A stretch of 64,000 nucleotides of DNA, taken from the sequence record NC_018854.1; one strand, 5' to 3'. The notes under the pieces were generated by a model. It was not told the origin of the DNA, ran no database searches, and saw only the letters and a program-made list of their open reading frames with translations. Shown one piece after another: positions 48,225 to 59,249 of the stretch. The DNA is from Escherichia phage ECBP1. How positions within the stretch are numbered: the first letter of the stretch is position 1; each line of letters starts with the position of its first letter. Position numbers and translations under genes: made by a program.

Positions 48225-49427
48225 TTACAGAGGAGCAACAGTCTTAATCAGAGCCAGACGTTCTGGACGTTTAACCAGGATACCATAGTACCACTTGATA
48301 GAACTGAAGCCAGTTTCGCCATACGGGTCATTACGGTCAGCAGTTTCTTTACCCGGCATCTTAGTCATGATGGTGAACTTAACAGACTTACCATCAGTCT
48401 GGAAGCCAATGGTAGAGAAGGAGTCATCACCAACTACCAGCATCGGGAATACGTCGTAGTGTTCCTGACCAGATACCATAGAGGTACGGTAACCCGGGTT
48501 AGTAGTAACCTGAGCACCAGCACCTGCCCAATGCAGCATCTCTGGAACCTGGATGATACGGAACTTATCAATACAACCAATTTCACCATTCATCAGAGTA
48601 CCAGCATCAGCATAGTGCTGAACTTCGATGAATGCTTTATTACCAAACAGGTCTTTCATCGCTTTCAGTTCTGGAACCAGTTCAGAACCAACGTACATTA
48701 CACGAGTACCACCGAGTACTTTGGTATCTGTCAGTTTAGAACCAGTGATGATAGTAGTCTGGGTCGGGGTACGGTTCTCAGTAAGAATCTGGTCAAGACG
48801 CATCAGGTTCTTATAAGAAACTACAGACGGGGTAGAACCTTCACCAGTAATGGTAGCATCAGAGACGGCAGCACCTGCATACAGTACAGTACCAGCAGCA
48901 GCCAGCAGGTCTTTCTGGAGAACAGCTTCAGTCAACTGTACAGCACCGTTCATCAGTTCACGAGACAGGTGTTCTTTCAGTTGGTCATCAGAATCAAAGT
49001 CCAGGGACTCTTGAGTAAATTCGTAGAAGAAGCCGAATTTATGAATAGAGCCTTCACGAGCCAGACGAGTAAAGCCTACACGGTTAACACGACCACCATT
49101 CTCTGACAGCAGAGGCAGTTTAGAAGTGATGTTACCAACGTCTTTGGAAGAGCCATAAAGGTTACCGTTAACGATGGTAGCACCATTAGCATCAATACCC
49201 TGGTCGTTAATGTTCTTATCGTCGAGCAAAGGAACATACTCGTACACCTTAACAGTCTTACCGTAGTTCTTCGGCATGTTAACGGTGTTAGCCAGAGGCA
49301 TAAAATACTGGTCTTTACGAGACTGAATAATAGCCTTCTTCAGCCAGTAATAGGTATTCATCTGGTCGGAACCAGCACCATCAATGCTAGATTTCTGACC
49401 GTCAATTGGAGCGTTATAGTTTAACAT
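48225..49427 (-). CDS. major capsid protein (N4 gp56-like)
   Basis: 400 aa, matching N4 MCP size, downstream of scaffold-like gene; strong RBS. Confidence 0.6.
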   Translation of the reverse strand: MLNYNAPIDGQKSSIDGAGSDQMNTYYWLKKAIIQSRKDQYFMPLANTVNMPKNYGKTVKVYEYVPLLDDKNINDQGIDANGATIVNGNLYGSSKDVGNITSKLPLLSENGGRVNRVGFTRLAREGSIHKFGFFYEFTQESLDFDSDDQLKEHLSRELMNGAVQLTEAVLQKDLLAAAGTVLYAGAAVSDATITGEGSTPSVVSYKNLMRLDQILTENRTPTQTTIITGSKLTDTKVLGGTRVMYVGSELVPELKAMKDLFGNKAFIEVQHYADAGTLMNGEIGCIDKFRIIQVPEMLHWAGAGAQVTTNPGYRTSMVSGQEHYDVFPMLVVGDDSFSTIGFQTDGKSVKFTIMTKMPGKETADRNDPYGETGFSSIKWYYGILVKRPERLALIKTVAPL

Positions 49428-49443
49428 ATCATCTCATTCCTGT

Positions 49444-50664
49444 TTAAAGACTACCCGGTACTGGGAGTTTAGCGAAATCTTCATCACTCATAGCGAGTGG
49501 GTTTACAATAGGCGTTGCTTTACGTGTAGCAGCCCGATTAAGGGAAGCTGCTTTAGCTTGCTCACTGTTAGCCAGAGTCTGCTTAGGTTGTGCTACACGC
49601 ACTACCGGCTGAACTGCTGGTTTAACTGCTTGTACTGGTTCAGGCTTAGACACTTGGTTAAATGCTCCCTGCTGTGCAAGAAGGTTACCAACGTAGTTAT
49701 AAGCCTGAATAAACGGAGTACCTACCGGAATCTGACCTAACACCTGAAGACGATTCACTTCATTAGCAATGGTGTCATAAATACCATTCTCACGCTGTTC
49801 GTGAATGGTGTGGAGTAAGCCACGATTCTGATAAAGAGCATCTTTACTGGCAGCATCCCATGTCGAGCTAATAACACCTAATGTAGCTTGTCCTTCTTGA
49901 GTAGACTTTAAGTCGTCAATTTCGGTTGCAAAATCTGCTTCGGTGTCTGTAACACGGTGTTTGCCACCCTGGTAGTTAATTTCCTCTTCCGGATTAAAGT
50001 CCAGAGGATCTGTACCAGAGTCTTTCAACAACTTTTTAATGGCTTCAGGATTCTTCTTATCCAGGTCAATCAGGAAAGAAAGTTTTTCCTCATCCATTAA
50101 ACCGTTGTTCTGTAACATCAGCATTACCTTACGGTACGGCTGAAGTTCTTGCATCTTACGAGTATAGTTAGCACCCATCTGCATCAGGCTAATGGCCTCC
50201 TCCGGTGAACGGGGAGTAATCATTTTGCCGTTAGCTTTAAAAGGAGCCATCAACTTCTCATAACCTTCCTTATAGTTGAAGTCAGCAGGCAGACCTTCAG
50301 ACTGTTTGCCTTCTTCTTTCTGTTCCTGGCCTGGTTCAGCAGTAGAAGGTTCAGCTTCAGTAATCGGCTTACCGTTACTATCAACTTCTGTGTCAACAAC
50401 TTTATCATCAACTTTATCAGAAGTTAAAGAATTTGCTGAATCATCTTCATCTGCGTCAGTTTCGGGGGAGGTTTCTTCGGTTGGTAGGTCTTCAACAGCA
50501 GGGGTGTCAATTTCTTCATCAGGAGTCTGTACGCCATTGGTTTCTGGGTTGTTCTGAGTGGAAGTATCTTCCTCAGCAATAATAGCTGGGGCTTCCATAT
50601 TCAGAATCTCATCATCCGACATTGCGAGAATGTCGGAAGCTGTGGTTGCAGCTTCCGTAGTCAT
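49444..50664 (-). CDS. putative scaffolding protein
   Basis: 406 aa, strongly acidic N-terminal half, located between portal and capsid genes. Confidence 0.45.
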   Translation of the reverse strand: MTTEAATTASDILAMSDDEILNMEAPAIIAEEDTSTQNNPETNGVQTPDEEIDTPAVEDLPTEETSPETDADEDDSANSLTSDKVDDKVVDTEVDSNGKPITEAEPSTAEPGQEQKEEGKQSEGLPADFNYKEGYEKLMAPFKANGKMITPRSPEEAISLMQMGANYTRKMQELQPYRKVMLMLQNNGLMDEEKLSFLIDLDKKNPEAIKKLLKDSGTDPLDFNPEEEINYQGGKHRVTDTEADFATEIDDLKSTQEGQATLGVISSTWDAASKDALYQNRGLLHTIHEQRENGIYDTIANEVNRLQVLGQIPVGTPFIQAYNYVGNLLAQQGAFNQVSKPEPVQAVKPAVQPVVRVAQPKQTLANSEQAKAASLNRAATRKATPIVNPLAMSDEDFAKLPVPGSL

Positions 50665-50683
50665 AGGAAATATCTCCGGTTAA

Positions 50684-51028
50684 TTATTCGTCTTCGGGTT
50701 CAGCACGAACTGCATCGAGTTCTTCTTCTACCTGAAGAATAACGTCAGCTTCATTTTCACCCATACGAATGGCGAGGTCGAGCCAACGACGTAAGTGACC
50801 AGCAGCTTGAGCCATGTTAAGTGCATCTGCACGGTTATTCGGTTCAAGCAGTGGGTCACCAGACTCCTGCACGTAACGTGCACAATCTTCTACACAGAAC
50901 TGTCGAAGGATTACTTTACGGAACAGTGGATTCTCCAGAAGTTTACGTACATCCTCTGCGTGTGCAACTGCACCTTTAGCAGCTTCCAGTCGATGTTCCA
51001 GTCCTGCGATTGTTGATTCTTTACTCAT
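50684..51028 (-). CDS. hypothetical head-assembly protein
   Basis: 114-aa ORF between portal and scaffold. Confidence 0.4.
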   Translation of the reverse strand: MSKESTIAGLEHRLEAAKGAVAHAEDVRKLLENPLFRKVILRQFCVEDCARYVQESGDPLLEPNNRADALNMAQAAGHLRRWLDLAIRMGENEADVILQVEEELDAVRAEPEDE

Positions 51029-51041
51029 GTGAAGGTCTGCC

Positions 51042-53312
51042 TTATAAGTTCATACCAAGAGCCGATGCTGGGTCTTGGCTAGGGTCATAAAATTGGGAAC
51101 TAAGAGAATAAGTCGGGTCTTGCTGTGCAGCTAAGTCACGTTCCTGTAAAGAGTTCCCGTTAGTCAAAGCGTTATATCCGACAGCAGCAGATATGTTGGG
51201 GGTAGTTTCACCTTCTTTAGTAGGTGTTGTCAACGCCTTAGTTATTTGAAGGTTCTGGTTTCCTTGAGATTGTGCTTTTTGTTTTTCCATATCACGAGCA
51301 TGTTTAGTACCAGATTCCTGTTCCAGATAATCCAGGTCTTTAAGGTCACCACTAGAAATAGCTTCTTTAGCCTTAGCATTATTGAGTGCAATCTTACTTT
51401 TCAACTCTTCATTCTCAAGCTGTGCTTTTTGAATTGCCAATTGCTTAAGCTGTTCTTCCATAGGGTCTGGTTGTGGTCGCCAGGTACGTAATTCATGAGC
51501 AAGGTCTGGCATACGCTTAAGTTCTGCAATTTTAGCTACGAGAGATAATGTAATAGTCTGGTCAACTGTATTACCTAACGTTTGAACCATGAAGCTCAAG
51601 TCCTGAGATTTCTGGTTATCAATTTCAGCAGTATTAATATCAACCTCAATATCGAAATTACCTTTAAGGTCTTCACGGTTAATTTCTACGTACTGTTCAT
51701 TGGTAATACGTACTACTTCCTTCTCAGATAAGAATACGGCATTCATTGCACAAATCTTAGTACCAATGTCTGCCATACCCTTAGCTAATCGACGAAGGAT
51801 TGCCATCTCACGTTTGGATGCTGCATCGAGTGCACCACGAATACCAGCAGCCACATCTCCATAAGCTGCACCAGTTACACCTCCAGAGAATGCTTTAACA
51901 CCAGTTAGTGCTTCTGCTTCCTGGTTCTGCATCTGAGTCATAACTATTGCCGACTGAGGTAACTCAGGGAACTTATGTTCCATAATGGCCTGACTAGGGT
52001 TGCCCTGCATTGGGTTATACTCATAGTCTTGTCCGTCATCATATCGACGTCGGTTCAGAGTATCTAACATCCCTTTAGGATAACCACGCTGCCCGTTTGC
52101 ACTTCGACCTAACAGGTCAATCATCCCACGCATAGTTGCACCAAGAATTGCTTGGTTATCTCCTAACAATTCTGCATCTGCTTCACCGTAGAGTTCACGT
52201 TTACGTGGCATGTATGGAACAACTACCAAAGGTAACTTACCATCAGGGAATGGGTTCTTCTCCATACGAATAAGAGTAGAACCAATCCAGGTAGCAACAA
52301 TCGGTTCCAGTGAACCATCATCATTAATGTCGTAAAATCCCCAGTATTCATAAGCGACTACTTTCTTACGTAGTGCATCTTTAAACTGGAAGTCACCAGG
52401 AGTTTTACTTTCATGGTCTGGGTCAGTCATAGGACTGGAACTTTCCCAGTCAATCTTATCCAAATTGTGATAACGGTCTTTGTTCTTCATGAGGTCTGCT
52501 TTGCACGTCTCAAACGAGATAACTGCATACAGAGCCTTGTCCAAATCACCATTACAACTCGGGTCAATAACTACGTTATTAGGATTAAGCATTTCAACAG
52601 TAGGTCTGTTAACCAGTGCCTTCTCTACCTCTACCTCAGTAACTCCAGTCTGGATTGCATAAGTAGCTTCTCCAGTTTCATTGAAGTAGTTAACAGCTTC
52701 CTTAATATCTTCCGGCATTGTTTCGTCATACTCACGGGGATTTTCTGCCTGAAGCTGTAAAGCCTGCTGAAGAATATCTGCTTGTTCCTGGTTCTCAATT
52801 GGATACAACTGGAAGACTGGTGTTTCTGTTTTAATCTTAACGGTCTTACGTTCCCAACCAATACGGGCAATACCAGTACCATCATCTACGACACTATGTA
52901 CGTAATCATCCACCAGTTTTACTTTATTAAGCTGGGTACGGAATTGGTAGTTAAGAACTAATTCATTCTGTCGTGCAGCTAACTCATCCTCAAAAGTAAC
53001 AGGGGTTACCTTAAAGAGTTTATTAGATGAGAGAAATGGTTCAGATAATGGTGCATAACGCCACTCTGCCTGACGGCGAACCAGTCTAGGTTGGACTTGT
53101 GAGCGTCCTTTAACCTTTGGGGGTTTAGCCTTGCCTTTGACTTCCATCAAGTCATTCCACTCACGAATCTGAGCCATGATTGCATCGTGAGCAGGTTTAG
53201 CTGATTCCAAATCACCCTTCAGTAATTGGATACTTGGTTCCTTCTTCCAGTCCGTTAACTTCTCTGATTGAGCCGGGTCTGGTAAAGGCTTAAAAGTGTC
53301 TTGGTGTTCCAT
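51042..53312 (-). CDS. portal protein (N4 gp59-like)
   Basis: 756 aa (N4 portal about 760 aa); position upstream of scaffold/capsid. Confidence 0.6.
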   Translation of the reverse strand: MEHQDTFKPLPDPAQSEKLTDWKKEPSIQLLKGDLESAKPAHDAIMAQIREWNDLMEVKGKAKPPKVKGRSQVQPRLVRRQAEWRYAPLSEPFLSSNKLFKVTPVTFEDELAARQNELVLNYQFRTQLNKVKLVDDYVHSVVDDGTGIARIGWERKTVKIKTETPVFQLYPIENQEQADILQQALQLQAENPREYDETMPEDIKEAVNYFNETGEATYAIQTGVTEVEVEKALVNRPTVEMLNPNNVVIDPSCNGDLDKALYAVISFETCKADLMKNKDRYHNLDKIDWESSSPMTDPDHESKTPGDFQFKDALRKKVVAYEYWGFYDINDDGSLEPIVATWIGSTLIRMEKNPFPDGKLPLVVVPYMPRKRELYGEADAELLGDNQAILGATMRGMIDLLGRSANGQRGYPKGMLDTLNRRRYDDGQDYEYNPMQGNPSQAIMEHKFPELPQSAIVMTQMQNQEAEALTGVKAFSGGVTGAAYGDVAAGIRGALDAASKREMAILRRLAKGMADIGTKICAMNAVFLSEKEVVRITNEQYVEINREDLKGNFDIEVDINTAEIDNQKSQDLSFMVQTLGNTVDQTITLSLVAKIAELKRMPDLAHELRTWRPQPDPMEEQLKQLAIQKAQLENEELKSKIALNNAKAKEAISSGDLKDLDYLEQESGTKHARDMEKQKAQSQGNQNLQITKALTTPTKEGETTPNISAAVGYNALTNGNSLQERDLAAQQDPTYSLSSQFYDPSQDPASALGMNL

Positions 53313-53314
53313 AG

Positions 53315-53821
53315 TTATTCCTGTTCAAAAAGTTTACGGTCAGCCTGAATCTGTTTACCCAACTCAATTAGTTGGCTGTCACGGAGTCTAACAGTTGCCC
53401 GGAGTTCTTCAACCAAACGTCTGCCTTCTTCAAGACTGTTGTCGAGTCTGGCTGCATGGCTTGCAAGACTTCTGCACTCAAAGGTTCCGGCTTCGGCTTG
53501 ACGTTTATATACCGATGCTCGTCTTTCAGACTGTTGCATCCGGCTGTCATAATCACTGCTAACGCGAGCAAGCTCGCTTGCGTAATTACTCTCAGCCGTC
53601 TGCAACCGGGAAGTGAGTAACCCGACTTCGTAACTATGGTTTCTTTGGAGAGCATTGTATTTGTCCTGTAATTTTTGTAGTGCCTTCTGATCTTCAACCT
53701 TTTGGGCATCCCACTTCTTTTGAACAGTAGACTGTCCATTGGAATTACCCCAAAAGTAAATGGTGGCCCCGAGGACCACCACCAGAAGATAAGGCCAACC
53801 TTTAGAGATTAGCATCTTCAT
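53315..53821 (-). CDS. i-spanin (Rz-like)
   Basis: N-terminal TM '[16 protein letters not shown]' then coiled-coil periplasmic domain; start taken at internal Met. Confidence 0.55.
   Translation of the reverse strand: MKMLISKGWPYLLVVVLGATIYFWGNSNGQSTVQKKWDAQKVEDQKALQKLQDKYNALQRNHSYEVGLLTSRLQTAESNYASELARVSSDYDSRMQQSERRASVYKRQAEAGTFECRSLASHAARLDNSLEEGRRLVEELRATVRLRDSQLIELGKQIQADRKLFEQE
53368..53655 (-). CDS. o-spanin (Rz1-like lipoprotein) nested in +1 frame of i-spanin gene
   Basis: Signal peptide + lipobox-like '[12 protein letters not shown]' then Pro-rich mature region; fully embedded in i-spanin ORF. Confidence 0.45.
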   Translation of the reverse strand: MLSKETIVTKSGYSLPGCRRLRVITQASLLALAVIMTAGCNSLKDEHRYINVKPKPEPLSAEVLQAMQPDSTTVLKKADVWLKNSGQLLDSVTAN

Positions 53822-54437
53822 TACATGCCTCCAGTGGCACATTGCCTATTCGGTTAGCTACCCAACCATACGTAAAGTCTGGCATGTTTAATGAGGTGTA
53901 GTGGTTAAGTTGTTTAGCATCAAGTAACTTAATCATTACCTGACATGCTGCAACTTTGCCTCGTTTTTTCTGTAATGCTTTATATGCATTAACAGTACTT
54001 GTACCGACTTTACCATCAACCTGTATTTTAGGGTAGTCTTTGCCATCACGGGACATTTCATTAAGAGATTGCTGCAACCACTTAGCCGGACGGGTTACAC
54101 CCGTATTAACACCAGCATCTACCAGCTTATGTGTTACAGCAGGAGATATATCAGCGAAGGCTACGAAGTTAGGCTTAAGTACGTAATCATCAATGTATAT
54201 CTCAGCAGCCATCTCTTTAGATAAACCCTTCATAGAACCATCCCAGCCATACTCAGTAGCCAGAACTTCTTTGTGAGATTTAGCTACAGCTTGGGTAATA
54301 CCATGATTGGTTTCACCACCTGGGTCACGAGGATTATTTACATATCCCCCTTCCATATAAAACACTGCCCCCAGGATAGCAGCGACAACTCCTCCCACTG
54401 CACCACCTTTCGTAGCAAGTTTCTGTTTAGCTTTCAT
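53802..54437 (-). CDS. endolysin: GH108 N-acetylmuramidase with possible N-terminal SAR signal-anchor
   Basis: 'EGGYVNNPRDPGGETNHGIT' GH108 signature; Gly/Ala-rich weakly hydrophobic N-terminus 'KGGAVGGVVAAILGAVF'. Confidence 0.75.
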   Translation of the reverse strand: MKAKQKLATKGGAVGGVVAAILGAVFYMEGGYVNNPRDPGGETNHGITQAVAKSHKEVLATEYGWDGSMKGLSKEMAAEIYIDDYVLKPNFVAFADISPAVTHKLVDAGVNTGVTRPAKWLQQSLNEMSRDGKDYPKIQVDGKVGTSTVNAYKALQKKRGKVAACQVMIKLLDAKQLNHYTSLNMPDFTYGWVANRIGNVPLEACNEDANL

Positions 54438-54687
54438 GTGAATCTTCCTTTGATCGGAATCGTATTAATCTGCCTACAATATTTAAGGCAAACAGCGCGA
54501 TTGCAATATTGGAACCATGGGGAATATCTTCCAGGATGTGACGAGGTAATCCTGTCAGCATTGGTTGAATGATATCTATGGTAGAAAACATAATTAACCC
54601 GAGCGTACTAATCTGGATGGATGCCCACTTCCAGCATCTTTTCCAGTTAGGTACTAACTCTACTTTTCTTTTTAGCCTGCGAACCAT
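54427..54687 (-). CDS. putative holin (two TM segments)
   Basis: Hydrophobic 'WASIQISTLGLIMFSTIDII' and 'IAIALFALNIVGRLI'; adjacent to endolysin. Confidence 0.4.
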   Translation of the reverse strand: MVRRLKRKVELVPNWKRCWKWASIQISTLGLIMFSTIDIIQPMLTGLPRHILEDIPHGSNIAIALFALNIVGRLIRFRSKEDSHES

Positions 54688-55001
54688 GCGAATATCTCCC
54701 GTCTTGCAGCAGCCAATACACCAATAATTGCACCTGCCCCAGCCCACACCCACTTACCAAAAATTCCAGCACCAACAACTTTATGCTTAATGGTGATGAA
54801 CTCTTCAATAGTAGGTTCATTCTTAGCTAAGCTATCCTCCACATTTTTTAGTCTATTGCCTATGTCATTGATTGAATCCCGTAGTTCTACCAGAGTTTCC
54901 TCCAGCTTCTCACGATCCTGCCTGTCCCTTGTCTGGTTCTCAAACAGAGTCTTCAATCGTTCCTCCAGTCTGACTAGAAGCAGTTCACCTGATTCATTCA
55001 T
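54672..55001 (-). CDS. lysis-associated membrane protein (coiled-coil N-terminus, C-terminal TM)
   Basis: C-terminal 'VVGAGIFGKWVWAGAGAIIGVLAAA'; position at head of lysis cassette. Confidence 0.35.
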   Translation of the reverse strand: MNESGELLLVRLEERLKTLFENQTRDRQDREKLEETLVELRDSINDIGNRLKNVEDSLAKNEPTIEEFITIKHKVVGAGIFGKWVWAGAGAIIGVLAAARREIFAWFAG

Positions 55002-55211
55002 AAAATTACCGTAGTGATGTAGTTAGATTCCCCAACAGGGCCATATCATAAGATGACTCTTAGATAATACTTAGTATGATGGGATACATCCAGACATAGT
55101 GTCTGGTAGCAACCCATGGTGGATGGTATTCAGTTAGGTATGTTTAACATATCCGGGCAAGTAATTACCCTAACAGCAGTATCGGTTAGGGTAATGCAAA
55201 CAGTAACTCTA

Positions 55212-55237
55212 TATAAGAAAAGGCCCAAACTGGGCCT
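55212..55237 (-). terminator. minus-strand intrinsic terminator after tailspike gene
   Basis: AGGCCCA-aac-TGGGCCT with minus-strand T-run (TTTTCTT). Confidence 0.6.
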
Positions 55238-55246
55238 TAGTTTTAA

Positions 55247-57361
55247 TTAAATCAATCCGTAAACTGCATTGTGTATTACGACGCCCCCAACAACTGAAGA
55301 AACATTAAAATTAATTTCAGCTTTGTAGGCTCCTTGTGGAACGCAATCCACCAAAGCATAAAAGTTGAACGTGTTTACCACTGGGATGATATATCCTATG
55401 GAATCCGCAACAGCATTTCCTTGCTGGTCCAGGAATCTAATTGACGCCAGGGTGGTTGTTGTATTTTTAGCCCAAAAACCAAGCTGAAAATAACGACCCG
55501 GTTCACAATCAATGATTGTTTGAGTGAAGTTAGCTGCTGCATCTGCTGATGGTACAGATAAAACAAAAGAAGTTGTAAACATTAAATCGTTAGGAACATC
55601 GTTTGCTGTAGTAGCAGTGACAGCACCTGTTCCAGTTTGAGAGAGTGTCCAGTTAGATGTATTTCCAAACTGTCCTGAGCCATTGCTAATACTATTAATA
55701 TAAGGGCTTACAATGCTTCCTAGATTCCAGTTAGTTGTAATAAAGCCTGCACGAGGGAAGCACCCTCTAGACATTACTTTCTTGCTAGAGCCACCTATCA
55801 ACTGTCTTGTGGCAAATCCAGTAGCAATCGTTGTGTTACCGTAGAGGGGCAATGAGCAGTTATTTAAACTAACTACCCCGTCACCATTACTAGCAATAGG
55901 CACTGTACTGTAGCCTTCCGGAAGCAGAATAGTAGAATCTTTAATACTGAGGCGTGAGCTTCCACTCACAGTAAAGCCTACAAAGCTCTGCCCAGGTTGA
56001 TACTCAATATTACCGTTAGCAAATACTAGGGTAGCATTATCACTTAATGCCACTGCTGGATCGAAGTAGCCTGCCTTTTTACCTGCTGGTAATGAGCATG
56101 AATCAAAGATGAACTGCCCATTCTCAAAAGTAAATGGACCCCCATTATCAACCATCCAGCAGTGGTTGAATTTTATAACCTCACCAGTATTAGCCGGGGA
56201 ATTAAAGATTACAGAGTTAGTAAAACTGCGAGAAATAGTGCACTTATCAAATAGAATACGGTATGCATTATCTTTAAACTCAATACCTGCGGTAGATATA
56301 AACCCACAGTTAGATATACGTAATTCTGCTATCTCCCCTCCAGTACTACTACCCAAACACATCTTTCGAGTACCTTTACCTACAAAGGAAATACCTGTTA
56401 ATAGGGCAGTAGCATTAATGGCATCACGAGCTGTGTAATCCGTATTAGAGTTGATTATGGTTAAGTAATACTCTCCTGTTACACCTTCCAGTTCCGTAAG
56501 GGTACACTTATTAGCTCCTACTAAAGCCCCCTTAGCTACATCCAGTAAGATAGGTGTACTGATAGTCCCTGATGTAGGTACAAGACAATCGTAACCGGCA
56601 GAGTTTACCTTGTTAATGAATGGGGCAATATCCCCCGTACCAGTATAACCTGCATCATATACCGTAGCAGTACCTTCAAAGAACTTACGCTTCCAGACCA
56701 CACCTGCACCGGTGAAAGTTACAACTTCATCTACAGGAGTAGTATTAGGAACCGCAATCATAATACCCCCACCAACGGAAGAGCCTGAGTATGAATCTAG
56801 CATTACACTAGACCCTACTGTTGCTCCGACAGAAGCCAGGGCAGTTACGTCAGGTACACTACCAATTAAGGTCATACCATCCTGAGATGCCAACTGAGCA
56901 CGCAAATTAGGATCCGTTTGAGACTTCCAGTCCGTGTTGCCAACAGGGTTGGTCCCTTCAACAATAGTTACGGGTAGAGAACCTAAGTAGGTATAACCAA
57001 TACCATTATGCATCAAAAGCTCATTTCGAGTATTTACTACTAAGCCCGTAGTAAATGAATCAGATAAGCATACAAACTCTCTACGTGCAGCAGCCAGTTC
57101 ACCCAAATCAACTGTACCTGCTGAATGAACCAAGACTGCATGTTCACTGAGACTTACAGCAATGGTTCCTGCTGGAAGTACAGGCAATGAGTAAGCACGT
57201 TGAGTAGTCTTGTCATAAATGACTTTGTATCCACCCAAGTCTACTCCTACAGAAAAGTAGACCACTTCATTCTGCTTAATACCAAACTTACGGGCAATGG
57301 CTTGCTTGTTGGTAAGAATACCAGTGGAACCTTTACCGCCTTGACTGAACATCTCGTTCAT
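55247..57361 (-). CDS. tailspike/receptor-binding protein with predicted right-handed beta-helix (pectate-lyase-like)
   Basis: 704 aa; repetitive Gly/Asn/Thr/Ser-rich beta-strand pattern 'ISNCGFISTAGIEFKDNAYRILFDKCTISRSFTNSVIFN'. Confidence 0.5.
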   Translation of the reverse strand: MNEMFSQGGKGSTGILTNKQAIARKFGIKQNEVVYFSVGVDLGGYKVIYDKTTQRAYSLPVLPAGTIAVSLSEHAVLVHSAGTVDLGELAAARREFVCLSDSFTTGLVVNTRNELLMHNGIGYTYLGSLPVTIVEGTNPVGNTDWKSQTDPNLRAQLASQDGMTLIGSVPDVTALASVGATVGSSVMLDSYSGSSVGGGIMIAVPNTTPVDEVVTFTGAGVVWKRKFFEGTATVYDAGYTGTGDIAPFINKVNSAGYDCLVPTSGTISTPILLDVAKGALVGANKCTLTELEGVTGEYYLTIINSNTDYTARDAINATALLTGISFVGKGTRKMCLGSSTGGEIAELRISNCGFISTAGIEFKDNAYRILFDKCTISRSFTNSVIFNSPANTGEVIKFNHCWMVDNGGPFTFENGQFIFDSCSLPAGKKAGYFDPAVALSDNATLVFANGNIEYQPGQSFVGFTVSGSSRLSIKDSTILLPEGYSTVPIASNGDGVVSLNNCSLPLYGNTTIATGFATRQLIGGSSKKVMSRGCFPRAGFITTNWNLGSIVSPYINSISNGSGQFGNTSNWTLSQTGTGAVTATTANDVPNDLMFTTSFVLSVPSADAAANFTQTIIDCEPGRYFQLGFWAKNTTTTLASIRFLDQQGNAVADSIGYIIPVVNTFNFYALVDCVPQGAYKAEINFNVSSVVGGVVIHNAVYGLI

Positions 57362-57408
57362 ACGAACCTCTTTGTTTTTCTATTAAAGGTCACTTAGTGA
57401 CCCTTTGC

Positions 57409-58542
57409 TTAAATAATGTTAATTGGAATAAGGGAAACTGTAATGTTACCCGGAACGTAAGTGAGTAAATCCCCTACTACAGATTTAATTCTGACATTAG
57501 TTGGTAGTGTAGGGAGCTTGTATGACTTCTGCTGAGAAGCTACATACACAACCACTTTACCATTCAAGTAGGTAACAGTATCCGTATCTAAAATTATCTC
57601 AGAATCCCGTAAGTTGAATCCGCGAGCTACTTCCTGGATTGTTCTATCAGAAACATAAATTATTTCTTGATTGCCCCCAATAGTAATAATTACCCTATCA
57701 TCGGTTACAAGTGGTTCTGTCAGGAAGATTCTCTTATTCTCTGCATCGACAGTGTATGACTTATTGGGCAAACCTTTATACAATCTTGCCCCATTCTTAT
57801 ACACAGCAGGTACATCAATGAAAGCGAATGGGATATCTATAACCTGCTCACCTCCTACAGCATTACCAAAATTGTATAACCAGTTAACAACCTTCCAGTT
57901 ATCAATAGCAACAGTATCTGGGGAAGCAGGCACACCTGTAAGGAACATAATAACTTCGTCACCTTCTTCCAGTTCCTGAGCTAATTTAATCTCAGTATCA
58001 CCAGTAGAATATGTGAAACCCTTCCCATTGAGCTGTGTGAATCCCCCTACTGTAATAAAAGGTATGCCAACGGTATCAAACTCAACTGGTATAGAAGTTT
58101 CCCCTCCAGCAGAGGTATACCCAACAACTATATAGGTATTTGTATTAGTGGACTCACTACCACTTGAGGTCATGGATACTTGTACCCAGGAACCTGTAGC
58201 TGCCGGGTCATCCGGTATGATTCCAGATTTATCATCATCAACATATAAGTAGTCGGTAATGGTTCTTTTATTACTACGGTTCCTGCCATAAATGCGTGCA
58301 TACTTTGTTTTCAGAGGGAGTGATTTAAGTTCTATTTCAGACTGTACACCAATAACCATCCCGTACTGATTTAAGAAATCATACAGGAGTTTAAGATTAC
58401 CTAAGTTACAGTAGACAGTACGAACCACATGGTAAGCATTACCAAGTAGTGCATCTACCATTGGGTCATTAGAACTGTTCTGACAGTAAGGATTAGACCA
58501 ATCCTTCTTTGCATCAAAGGGGTTGTGTGCGTTCATCGCCAT
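57409..58542 (-). CDS. tail structural protein
   Basis: 377 aa between tailspike and terminase-proximal genes. Confidence 0.4.
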   Translation of the reverse strand: MAMNAHNPFDAKKDWSNPYCQNSSNDPMVDALLGNAYHVVRTVYCNLGNLKLLYDFLNQYGMVIGVQSEIELKSLPLKTKYARIYGRNRSNKRTITDYLYVDDDKSGIIPDDPAATGSWVQVSMTSSGSESTNTNTYIVVGYTSAGGETSIPVEFDTVGIPFITVGGFTQLNGKGFTYSTGDTEIKLAQELEEGDEVIMFLTGVPASPDTVAIDNWKVVNWLYNFGNAVGGEQVIDIPFAFIDVPAVYKNGARLYKGLPNKSYTVDAENKRIFLTEPLVTDDRVIITIGGNQEIIYVSDRTIQEVARGFNLRDSEIILDTDTVTYLNGKVVVYVASQQKSYKLPTLPTNVRIKSVVGDLLTYVPGNITVSLIPINII

Positions 58543-59243
58543 CCTCGTTGTTCAAATTTAGTTTCGGTAATTGAAATACTTCCATTAGCCAGATCGTAAT
58601 CAACAACCTCACCACAGATGCTTTCATATGTTTGCAGATACTCTGCTGCCTTAGCATTAGCTTCCGGAGTATTCAAACCAGTGTGGTAACGATAACCCAC
58701 CCAGTTATGAAGTGCCGTCATTAACGTATCTGCTAAGTCAACTTCCTGTTCTTCATCACCCGTAAGTACTGGGTGCTTAGCTTGATAAGTTACGTTAAGT
58801 GCCTCAAAGTGTCGAGGTCGCATACACTGAATAGTATCAGGCCGAGGGGTGAAAATTGCATGAGGATCTGAGTCGTCGTTCAGTCTACGTCGATTCCCTG
58901 AGTTATCAAACACATTTAGGATTTTAATAACGTCATCCTGGAAAGGTTTCATGAACCCATCCATGATGTATGGATATTGAATCTCAAGAGTAGGCTTAGT
59001 AAATCTGGAGTAAGCATATTTGGATTGAAGGGGATAATCAGTACGACCTTCCTTCATCTCCACAATGCAGCTATTAGTCCTCAGAGGGAAACGACTATGC
59101 AGTCGTACCAGTCCTTCATTAATAGCAGCCAATATCTCTGGCTTACTATCTGGTTCAATATCTAATCTGTCATCAGTGACTGCACCAGTACCTTTTAAGG
59201 TACTTAGTGCCAAGCCACGGTATACTTCCGATAATTTCTGCAT
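58533..59243 (-). CDS. tail/neck structural protein
   Basis: 236 aa, overlaps neighbours by a few nt. Confidence 0.4.
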   Translation of the reverse strand: MQKLSEVYRGLALSTLKGTGAVTDDRLDIEPDSKPEILAAINEGLVRLHSRFPLRTNSCIVEMKEGRTDYPLQSKYAYSRFTKPTLEIQYPYIMDGFMKPFQDDVIKILNVFDNSGNRRRLNDDSDPHAIFTPRPDTIQCMRPRHFEALNVTYQAKHPVLTGDEEQEVDLADTLMTALHNWVGYRYHTGLNTPEANAKAAEYLQTYESICGEVVDYDLANGSISITETKFEQRGWR

Positions 59244-59249
59244 GGTTCC

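Noticed and set aside
48006-49106. 366-aa plus-strand ORF antisense to the major capsid gene
   Set aside because: Lies entirely opposite a well-supported minus-strand capsid gene in a uniformly minus-strand operon; low-complexity translation with no RBS context; treated as a spurious antisense frame.
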